Positions 8,594 to 14,253 of a stretch of 34,722 bases of DNA are shown piece after piece. This DNA is from an uncultured virus (IMG/VR IMGVR_UViG_3300031992_002320) (lineage: Duplodnaviria > Heunggongvirae > Uroviricota > Caudoviricetes), in IMG/VR virus record IMGVR_UViG_3300031992_002320; one strand, written 5' to 3'. Every line of letters starts with the position of its first letter. Position 1 is the first letter of the stretch. The notes beneath the pieces are model-generated. The model did no database searches and was not told the DNA's origin. It saw only the letters and a list, made by a program, of their open reading frames with translations. The position numbers and the translations under genes were made by a program.

Positions 8594-10156
8594 ATGATGA
8601 GCAATTTCCATGATTTACTGGTTCGTGCGAAGGGTAGTCGTTCACAGGCACAGTTTGCGAAGGAGTGTGGTTTCAGTGCGGAGTATCTCTGCAGGCTTAT
8701 GTCGGGTAAGGAGGTTTCTCCGAGGCTTGACACTCTTGAGTCGATAGCGTGTCATTCGCATGGTGGTGTTTGTTTGAAGGATCTGGTTGAGGCGCTTGGG
8801 TATTCTCTCAATGATGTGAATAACGGAGCCAATGCCGAGGCCGTGCAGGAGTTTTCCGAGGCGGATTTCGAGACTGAGCTTGAGGGTGAGGTCAACCTTT
8901 TCCGTGATACCATTCTGGGTTTTGTGGGTAAGACTCTTGCCTATACGGATGTGTTCAATTCTCTTTCGGAGGCGGTTGAGTCCCTTGGGGAGAAGTATCT
9001 GGGGGTTGAGGTTCGTGATGTTGGTGGGTACTATGGCAAGGACATCGTGGTTGAGGGCGTTGGTGATGATCAGCTCGGTTACATGACTTTTGTTCTTACC
9101 GATACCCGTGATAATATCAGCAAGGTTGGTACGGCCTATGGTTATATCATCTTTACCACCTCGACTGTGGATGGTGAGATAATGTGTACCGTGGTGGATG
9201 GTGGTACTGATGTTATTGGTCTTGAGCGCATCTATGGTGTGCGTGGTGATATTCTTGGTTTCCTTGAGAGGGGTGGTCATGAGTCATCGGATCGTTTGGT
9301 TGTCATCAAGCCTTATGCGATGCACAGGGCTTCTGCGGCGGTGCTCAGCCGTCGTGTATCTGGTGAGGATGTTCAGACCATCACTACTGATATTGGTAGG
9401 GGGTTCTTTGTTGGGGAGCTTAGCATGAATAATGTGGCGTTCTTCATGATTGACCATCGTAGATCACTCTTTGCTTGTCTTAAGTCCTTTGAGGCCGGTT
9501 TTGTCAGCAAGGCCTCGGATGTGTTGGATAAGTATTTCGCGGATTGTTCTCATAACAGAGGTGATGTGATGGAGTTCCTTACGAGCCTCGGTATGATTTA
9601 TGTTGATGGTCTTGGGGAGGATTTCATTCCTTGTGATGTTTATGATGACTGGCTTGTGGGTATTGTCAATCTCATCTCTCTGATCATGGAGTATGAGACT
9701 CACATCCGTTTCGATGTGTATACCCCGGATATGGTTAAGGGTGATCTTAAGGAGTATTTCACGAAGGATGTGGCTATTATGGCCGGCTGCTGTGGTGACT
9801 TCGAGCCTCTCACGATTATGGATGTGATTGGTCGTTATGCGAAGAGTCTTGGGGTTGAGTCCTTTGGTGATATCTATTTCACTCATTTCGTGATGGAGTT
9901 TGCGCCGATGAGATTCAGACCTAAGTTCACGGTTGCCAAGGAGGATTTTATGAACTGGCATTGGCTTGATGCTGGTGATACTCTCCCTACGGTGACGGGT
10001 ATATATGATTGTGTGTTCAAGGATGGTCGTCGAGTGAAGTGTCTGTACCTTGCTGATAAGGGGCATTTCGTGGCTGCCCATAAGGAGTGGTCGGATTGGA
10101 TTAGTGGTTTTAATCCGGAGGCGCTTGCTCTTGGTGATACTGTAGTTGCCAAGTAG
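8594..10156 (+). CDS. XRE-family HTH protein with a large unknown C-terminal region (520 aa)
   Basis: N-terminal RSQAQFAKECGFSAEYLCRLMSGKEVSPRLDTLESIA; C-terminal WHWL..LP..G.Y segment is DUF551-like. Confidence 0.75.
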   Translation: MMSNFHDLLVRAKGSRSQAQFAKECGFSAEYLCRLMSGKEVSPRLDTLESIACHSHGGVCLKDLVEALGYSLNDVNNGANAEAVQEFSEADFETELEGEVNLFRDTILGFVGKTLAYTDVFNSLSEAVESLGEKYLGVEVRDVGGYYGKDIVVEGVGDDQLGYMTFVLTDTRDNISKVGTAYGYIIFTTSTVDGEIMCTVVDGGTDVIGLERIYGVRGDILGFLERGGHESSDRLVVIKPYAMHRASAAVLSRRVSGEDVQTITTDIGRGFFVGELSMNNVAFFMIDHRRSLFACLKSFEAGFVSKASDVLDKYFADCSHNRGDVMEFLTSLGMIYVDGLGEDFIPCDVYDDWLVGIVNLISLIMEYETHIRFDVYTPDMVKGDLKEYFTKDVAIMAGCCGDFEPLTIMDVIGRYAKSLGVESFGDIYFTHFVMEFAPMRFRPKFTVAKEDFMNWHWLDAGDTLPTVTGIYDCVFKDGRRVKCLYLADKGHFVAAHKEWSDWISGFNPEALALGDTVVAK

Positions 10157-10170
10157 TCTCAATGTGGTTT

Positions 10171-10209
10171 GACGATGAGGTCATGCCGGATGAGTGTGGC
10201 CTCATCGTT
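10171..10209 (+). terminator. Hairpin between protein genes and the RNA array
   Basis: GACGATGAGGTCAT / GTGGCCTCATCGTT, 14-bp stem. Confidence 0.55.
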
Positions 10210-10270
10210 ACACAGGTTTGATGAGTTTTGTTTTGTTTTTTGATACGTTTATCTTAGGTATTACATTTGT

Positions 10271-10341
10271 GCCTACGTAGTATAGTGGTAGTACATCTGC
10301 TTCCCAAGCAGGTAGCGCGGGTTCGATCCTCGTCGTGGGCT
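10271..10341 (+). tRNA. tRNA-Gly(CCC)
   Basis: Acceptor GCCTACG/CGTGGGC, anticodon loop TTCCCAA, T-loop TTCGATC, U discriminator. Confidence 0.9.
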
Positions 10342-10345
10342 TTAT

Positions 10346-10468
10346 CAATGGGGTGGTTGCAACAAGTATCTGTGGTGCATCACAGTGCTTGCCAAGTGGT
10401 AGCCACATTACAAGCATAGACCGATGCACTGGTCGAAGCCGTAGAGAGTTCGAATCTCTCCCCATTGT
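10346..10468 (+). ncRNA. tRNA-like RNA with expanded D region and no canonical anticodon arm
   Basis: Perfect CAATGGG/CCCATTG acceptor and GAGAG-TTCGAAT-CTCTC T-arm; helix GTGGTTGC/GTAGCCAC encloses a further hairpin. Confidence 0.5.
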
Positions 10469-10719
10469 CGCCGACTTGTCAATGTCGTAAAACTTGGTGA
10501 GTGATACTTGCTCGAAGGCCTTGGATATGTGGTTGGGGTGGAAGTTAAAGGTGATACTCCCCATTTAGAAAGACTATTAAGTTTCGCCAACAGCCAAGGA
10601 CAAAAAGGAGACCCCACATCGGCTACTCGCACAATGTAGTATCGGAGATGGGAAGGGAAAGCGGGATGGTAGAAACCAAGTGCGACCTGTGAGTACCACG
10701 CCACGTTGGGGATCGTGGC
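10467..10719 (+). ncRNA. Candidate ~250-nt structured ncRNA
   Basis: Long-range GTCGC+ACTTGGT / ACCAAGTGCGAC pairing, CCTTGG/CCAAGG, crossing TACTCGCA/TGTGAGTA helix; purine-rich; no credible ORF. Confidence 0.45.
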
Positions 10720-10723
10720 ATCT

Positions 10724-10795
10724 GCCTTCGTAGCACAATGGTAGTGCGGATGCATCGTAAGCATCAGGTTATAGGTTCGAATCCTATCGGGGGCT
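10724..10795 (+). tRNA. tRNA-Thr(CGT)
   Basis: Acceptor GCCTTCG/CGGGGGC; GATGC-ATCGTAA-GCATC; ATAGG-TTCGAAT-CCTAT. Confidence 0.9.
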
Positions 10796-10974
10796 TTGTG
10801 TCGGGTGTAGGGCCTATACAGTTTTGCAAGACTGGGTGTGGCCAAGGTAGGTCGTCGGTTTAATCAACCGATTAAAGCGGATGAAGCTGATTACTTATTC
10901 GTATCCTATCGGTGGGTTCAATTCCCCAAGTGTTAGCCATACACGATTCCGGGTGGGTGCATGCGGCACATTGT

Positions 10975-11097
10975 AGGGATGTAGCTCAGATGGGAGAGCT
11001 TTACCGTATACTGTTCTTAAGCCATTCATAATCGCGAGTGTGGGTGGTGGTTTGGAACTGGACGAAGTGGTCATGGGTTCGAGTCCTATCATCCCTT
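10975..11097 (+). ncRNA. tRNA-like RNA with a ~65-nt extended anticodon arm
   Basis: Perfect AGGGATG/CATCCCT acceptor, canonical D-arm GCTC/GAGC and T-arm; anticodon arm replaced by a long imperfect hairpin. Confidence 0.7.
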
Positions 11098-11190
11098 GAT
11101 GTTGGGGTAGCTACCCAACTATGTGAGCGTGGCGGAGTCCTCACAGAAAATGACAATGCTACGGTGTTGATGCATCGTAGAATCGCACAT

Positions 11191-11263
11191 GGGGGTATAG
11201 CTCAGTTGGGAGAGCGCCTGCCTTGCAAGCAGGATGTCAGGGGTTCAAGTCCCCTTACTTCCA
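11191..11263 (+). tRNA. tRNA-Ala(TGC)
   Basis: Acceptor GGGGGTA/TACTTCC with G3:U70; CCTGC-CTTGCAA-GCAGG. Confidence 0.95.
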
Positions 11264-11266
11264 CTT

Positions 11267-11368
11267 AGGCATGGTTGGTGGGCGCCCGGTTAGCTCAATC
11301 GGTAGAGCGCTCTGGAAACGGAGAGATGTGGTTCGAGTCCAATACTGGGAGGAAATCAACCTAAACCT
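11267..11368 (+). ncRNA. tRNA mimic with GAAA tetraloop in place of the anticodon, copy 1
   Basis: D-arm GCTC/GAGC; CTCTG-GAAA-CGGAG; T-loop TTCGAGT; acceptor CCCGGT/ACTGGG extended by GGTTGGT/ATCAACC and AGG/CCT. Confidence 0.7.
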
Positions 11369-11373
11369 AATAT

Positions 11374-11447
11374 GGCTCGGTAGTTCAGATGGTGAGAACG
11401 CCTGCCTGTCACGCAGGAGGTCATGGGTTCAAGTCCCATTCGAGTCG
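11374..11447 (+). tRNA. tRNA-Asp(GTC)
   Basis: Acceptor GGCTCGG/TCGAGTC; CCTGC-CTGTCAC-GCAGG; G discriminator. Confidence 0.93.
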
Positions 11448-11449
11448 TT

Positions 11450-11537
11450 GGCCTAATAGTTTAATGGAAGATATTTTAAGCGCGTAGAACGGCATTAAGT
11501 CATAAAGCTGGTAGAGGTTCGATTCCTCTTTAGGTCG
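11450..11537 (+). pseudogene. tRNA-like element with intact acceptor and T-arm but no recognisable anticodon arm
   Basis: GGCCTAA/TTAGGTC; AGAGG-TTCGATT-CCTCT. Confidence 0.55.
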
Positions 11538-11661
11538 CTTAAAAAACACGATGACAAGATAATTTGCTGGAGTTAACTGCAAGGGTAGGATATTGGGTAA
11601 TCAGCAAAACCTTAGTCCGAGAGTAGCAGCGGGGGTTTTTGAGGCCGTGTTTCCCCCATAT

Positions 11662-11733
11662 GGGGCTGTGGTGCTGTTGGGAGCACAGGTGTTTTGCAAG
11701 CATAAAGTTGGGGTTCAAGTCCCATCGGTCACC
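11662..11733 (+). pseudogene. Degenerate tRNA-Ala(TGC)-like element
   Basis: GGGGCTG 5' end, GTGC/GCAC D-stem, TTTGCAA loop; mismatches in acceptor and T stems. Confidence 0.5.
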
Positions 11734-11736
11734 TTT

Positions 11737-11842
11737 GGAGCACGGGTGATGGCAGTCCGGCAAAGTGAAGCGGAGTTCGAGTCTCTAAACCAAAACCGTT
11801 CGAATCGGTTGGTGCATGGTGCAAAACTTTGCATAACGCTCC
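11737..11842 (+). ncRNA. Candidate ncRNA with two tandem T-loop hairpins
   Basis: GGAGC/GCTCC and GCAAAGT/ACTTTGC enclose GGAG-TTCGAGT-CTCT and AACCG-TTCGAAT-CGGTT. Confidence 0.5.
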
Positions 11843-11911
11843 TATAGTACAACTGGTGAGCGTGGGTGCTTTGCAGGCACGAGGTTATGGGTTCAAGTCC
11901 CATCAGTTCCA
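11843..11911 (+). pseudogene. tRNA-Ala(TGC)-like 3' portion lacking its own 5' acceptor strand
   Basis: GTGC-TTTGCAG-GCAC; ATGGG-TTCAAGT-CCCAT; CAGTTCC-A. Confidence 0.5.
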
Positions 11912-11914
11912 TTT

Positions 11915-12014
11915 GGGCATGGTTAGTGAGTATCCCGGCTGGTCCTGTGGTGGGACGCTTGGGAAACCAAGAGACCGGTTCGACTCCGAGCTGGGAGAAA
12001 GCTAACCTAAACCC
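11915..12014 (+). ncRNA. tRNA mimic with GAAA tetraloop in place of the anticodon, copy 2
   Basis: D-arm GTCC/GGAC; CTTGG-GAAA-CCAAG; T-loop TTCGACT; acceptor TCCCGGC/GCTGGGA extended by GGTTAGT/GCTAACC and GGG/CCC. Confidence 0.7.
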
Positions 12015-12018
12015 TTAT

Positions 12019-12090
12019 ACCGATATAACTCAATTGGTAGAGTGCTATCCTACAAGATAGAAGTTGGGAGTTCGAGTCTCTCTGTTGGTA
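12019..12090 (+). tRNA. tRNA-Val(TAC)-like with a 6-nt anticodon loop
   Basis: Acceptor ACCGATA/TGTTGGT; ACTC/GAGT D-stem; CTATC-CTACAA-GATAG; GGGAG-TTCGAGT-CTCTC. Confidence 0.65.
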
Positions 12091-12094
12091 CGAA

Positions 12095-12162
12095 CCCGTG
12101 AAGAGATCGTTTAGGCGTTTAACGGATCAATTTACGGGGCGCGGAGCGCAAAATAACGCCTA
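12095..12162 (+). ncRNA. Candidate pseudoknotted RNA
   Basis: CCCGTGAA/TTTACGGG hairpin whose loop TAGGCGTT pairs with downstream AACGCCTA; GCGC-GGA-GCGC hairpin in between. Confidence 0.5.
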
Positions 12163-12207
12163 TGGGATTGAGAGTATCTTATTCAGACAAGAATTAAAAA
12201 TCTGGAT

Positions 12208-12329
12208 ACCATGATGGTGAAATTGGAAGCCGCTGGGAGCCGGGGTGCTCCCGATTCTTAAGAGCTGGAGAGCCCGTCGAGGGTTGGACGGCACACTGAG
12301 GAATACAGGTTCGAGTCCTGTTCATGGTC
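12208..12329 (+). ncRNA. tRNA-like RNA (Leu-type D-loop) with a ~50-nt branched variable arm
   Basis: Perfect ACCATGA/TCATGGT and ACAGG-TTCGAGT-CCTGT; GGGAGC-CGGGGT-GCTCCC at the anticodon position; ATTCTT/AGGAAT encloses CCGTC/GACGG. Confidence 0.65.
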
Positions 12330-12466
12330 GGCGGTGTGGTGGCGGCACAGTGGAGTTTAACTCACGGCCATAGAGTGCGGGAGGGCTTAGACGCATAAGG
12401 CATCATTGGGGGCCGCGGATCGAGTGGTGCTTGTCCTCATTGGTTATGTTGAGGAAGGAGGCTTGT

Positions 12467-12832
12467 ATGCACGGGAATATAGTGGATCTCAGAGGTCAGC
12501 GGTTTGGTAATCTCACGGTGTTGGAGTTGACCAATCTTAAGACGGAACGCAAGAGGGGTACGGTCTGGCTTTGTAAGTGTGATTGTGGCAACCTCTGTTA
12601 TAAGACTGGTGCGGATCTGAGGGATACGAGGCGTAAGACTTGTTCTTGTGGTTGTATGAACCGTGGGCATCGTCAGTTTCCGAATCGGTTTGTTCAGAAG
12701 CCGGAGTTTACTGGTCATGAGAGGGTTCGTGCAGAGTTTGCTGATGCTCTTATGAAATATTATGCGGGTTCTCCGTATGAGAGTGTAATGAGGCAGGGTA
12801 TATCTGCTGTGTTGGCATCGTATGCTAAGTAG
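12467..12832 (+). CDS. Homing-endonuclease-associated Cys-rich domain protein (no nuclease motif seen)
   Basis: DLRGQRFGNLTV...WLCKCDCGN...SCGC motif, typical of the N-termini of phage HNH/AP2 proteins; AGGAGG RBS. Confidence 0.7.
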   Translation: MHGNIVDLRGQRFGNLTVLELTNLKTERKRGTVWLCKCDCGNLCYKTGADLRDTRRKTCSCGCMNRGHRQFPNRFVQKPEFTGHERVRAEFADALMKYYAGSPYESVMRQGISAVLASYAK

Positions 12833-12844
12833 TTTTTGTTCTGT

Positions 12845-12917
12845 CGGGATGTAGCGCAGATGGTAGCGTGCTTCATTAGGGATGAAGAGGTCGTGGGTTC
12901 AAATCCCGCCATTCCGA
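12845..12917 (+). tRNA. tRNA-Pro(AGG)
   Basis: Acceptor CGGGATG/CATTCCG; CTTCA-TTAGGGA-TGAAG; GTGGG-TTCAAAT-CCCGC; A discriminator. Confidence 0.92.
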
Positions 12918-12920
12918 CTT

Positions 12921-13050
12921 GTGTCGAAGGAGAGTGACTACTCCGTAGATACTGGATAAACCAAGGTGTAATGGTTGGCACACCCGCCCCGACGGCAGAT
13001 TAGTCACTGTGCGAGGGCGAGAGGGTAAGGTTCGAATCCTTTGTGGTTTG
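12921..13050 (+). ncRNA. tRNA-like RNA with extended anticodon arm complementary to an upstream hairpin loop
   Basis: TAAACCA/TGGTTTG; GTGT/GCAC D-stem; AAGG-TTCGAAT-CCTT; loop AGTGACTA (12933-40) is complementary to TAGTCACT (13001-08). Confidence 0.6.
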
Positions 13051-13101
13051 CTCAGGCACGGTTGTGTGAGTAGCCTCAGTAGTTTAGAGGTAGAACAATC
13101 C

Positions 13102-13172
13102 GCCCACATCGTATATTGGTATTACGGCTGTTTTGTAAGCAGTTTAGCTTGGTTCGAATCCAAGTGTGGGCT
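13102..13172 (+). tRNA. tRNA-Thr(TGT)
   Basis: Acceptor GCCCACA/TGTGGGC; GCTGT-TTTGTAA-GCAGT; CTTGG-TTCGAAT-CCAAG. Confidence 0.88.
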
Positions 13173-13174
13173 AT

Positions 13175-13250
13175 TGCAGGTGGGTGGAACGGAATGACCA
13201 TACAAGGCTCATAACCTTTGTGATAGTGGGTTCGACTCCCACGCCTGCTA
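13175..13250 (+). tRNA. tRNA-Met(CAT), possibly initiator-like (1:72 mismatch)
   Basis: GCAGGT/GCCTGC; AAGG-CTCATAA-CCTT; GTGGG-TTCGACT-CCCAC. Confidence 0.78.
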
Positions 13251-13254
13251 TTTT

Positions 13255-13329
13255 GCCCTCGTAGCTCAATGGATAGAGCACGTGGCTACGGACCACGGTT
13301 TTGTGCATGTTCGATTCGTGTCGGGGGCG
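13255..13329 (+). tRNA. tRNA-Arg(ACG)
   Basis: Acceptor GCCCTCG/CGGGGGC; CGTGG-CTACGGA-CCACG. Confidence 0.92.
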
Positions 13330-13350
13330 TTTGGTGTCATGTATTATATT

Positions 13351-13585
13351 GCAATATTACTAAGTTAAGACTCATGGCTGTCGAATTTGGGTTGAAAGAA
13401 ATGATGGAGTGGCATGCGTAGATTAAACGTGAGGCAGGAAGCACACTATGCACCCGTACTTCAAGGAACCAATCAAAACGATGAGAATTTGAAGTGAATG
13501 CCTTGACTAAAAACATACGGCTCATTGTGATGTCACAGGAATAAAGCAGGGAATATTGTGATAAATCTTAACTTAATGATATTGT
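13351..13585 (+). ncRNA. Candidate ~235-nt ncRNA closed by a 20-bp terminal stem
   Basis: GCAATATTACTAAGTTAAGA pairs with TCTTAACTTAATGATATTGT (2 G-U, 1 mismatch); A-rich interior. Confidence 0.45.
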
Positions 13586-13609
13586 TTGTGGTGGATGTTT
13601 TCTTTTTTG

Positions 13610-13683
13610 TGGGATATGGCGCAGTTTGGTAGCGTGCTACACTGGGGGTGTAGAGGTCGTGGGTTCAAGTCCCATTATTCCAA
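13610..13683 (+). tRNA. tRNA-Pro(GGG)
   Basis: Acceptor TGGGATA/TATTCCA; CTACA-CTGGGGG-TGTAG. Confidence 0.9.
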
Positions 13684-13686
13684 TAT

Positions 13687-13788
13687 GTCGGTGATGAAGT
13701 TCGCAAAATGGAGTCATCGGCTGAGTGTCGAATACAAAAGTGTGAACAAAGTCGACACGGTTGCGGTTAGCTTCACACGCGCCGCAAC
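13687..13788 (+). ncRNA. Candidate three-hairpin RNA with kissing loops
   Basis: GTCGGTGAT/GTCATCGGC, GTGTCGA/TCGACAC, GTTGCGGT/GCCGCAAC; loops GTGTGAA and TTCACAC are complementary. Confidence 0.55.
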
Positions 13789-13792
13789 TTTA

Positions 13793-13865
13793 CGGGGTGT
13801 GGCTCAGGTGGTAGAGCGCGTGCTTCGGGAGCACGAGGTCGTGGGTTCGAGTCCCGTCACTCCGA
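13793..13865 (+). tRNA. tRNA-Pro(CGG)
   Basis: Acceptor CGGGGTG/CACTCCG; CGTGC-TTCGGGA-GCACG. Confidence 0.93.
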
Positions 13866-13898
13866 TTGGTGTTGTTTGTGTTAGGTTTGGAGGTGCAA

Positions 13899-14063
13899 AT
13901 GGAGCCTTTAATCATTCTCTTGGTGATTCAGATTTGGGTTATACTCTTATACAGGCCTAAGGAGGAGTCGATGTATGAGAATTGGCGTTCCGATTATGGC
14001 TGGAGGTCATCATCCAAGTGTGGTAAGCACGGGAGTCGGATGAGGCATCATAGGTATCATTAG
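13899..14063 (+). CDS. Small membrane-anchored basic peptide (54 aa; internal start at 13971 possible)
   Basis: GGAGGT RBS before ATG 13899; second GGAGG before in-frame ATG 13971. Confidence 0.4.
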   Translation: MEPLIILLVIQIWVILLYRPKEESMYENWRSDYGWRSSSKCGKHGSRMRHHRYH

Positions 14064-14147
14064 TTTTGATTTGGAGCCCTCTGGAGTCTGCGGACTGGCA
14101 GTGAAGTAACCTCTGTTTTCGGACATGTTAAGAAAGGCATTGATTGT

Positions 14148-14222
14148 GGGGATGCTCAGACGTGGGCGTGGCAAAAGCCGGGGAGGCACCTTTGGCGAGG
14201 TGGTTCGAATCCGCCGATCCCC
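14148..14222 (+). ncRNA. Degenerate tRNA-like element
   Basis: GGGGAT/ATCCCC and GGTGG-TTCGAAT-CCGCC; short internal hairpins; no 7-nt anticodon loop. Confidence 0.4.
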
Positions 14223-14253
14223 CTTTTCTATTTTTGGTGTAAAGGAGAGTTAT

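Noticed and set aside
10833..10930. tRNA-Ile(AAT)
   Set aside because: The TCGGT-TTAATCA-ACCGA arm and a GGG-TTCAATT-CCC loop are present, but no acceptor stem can be formed; at most a remnant
11544..11652. Riboswitch in the spacer (AAACACG/CGTGTTT and TTTGCTG/CAGCAAA stems)
   Set aside because: Pairing is present but matches no aptamer consensus I know, and no gene lies downstream to regulate
11267..12014. Calling the GAAA-loop tRNA mimics Y RNAs (YrlA)
   Set aside because: As I recall, the YrlA tRNA-like domain is connected differently; I see no Ro60-binding motif and no rsr gene in the window
12095..12162. Theta/HDV-like ribozyme call
   Set aside because: No P3/L3 element could be fitted; kept only as a pseudoknot candidate
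12467..12832. Active HNH homing endonuclease or group I intron
   Set aside because: No HNH catalytic motif and no intron core recognised
13073..13100. Additional tRNA
   Set aside because: Only a 5' strand and D-arm fragment (GCCTCAG-TA-GTTT..GAAC), cut off by tRNA-Thr(TGT)
10208..13960. ORFs overlapping the tRNA array (except 12467-12832 and 13899-14063)
   Set aside because: They overlap clear tRNA or tRNA-like structures and show no protein motifs
14125..14253. N-terminal extension of the AAA ATPase (also track starts 6281, 15565, 21994, 23182, 32291)
   Set aside because: Better RBS-linked downstream starts exist; the extensions overlap RNA elements, repeats or other genes
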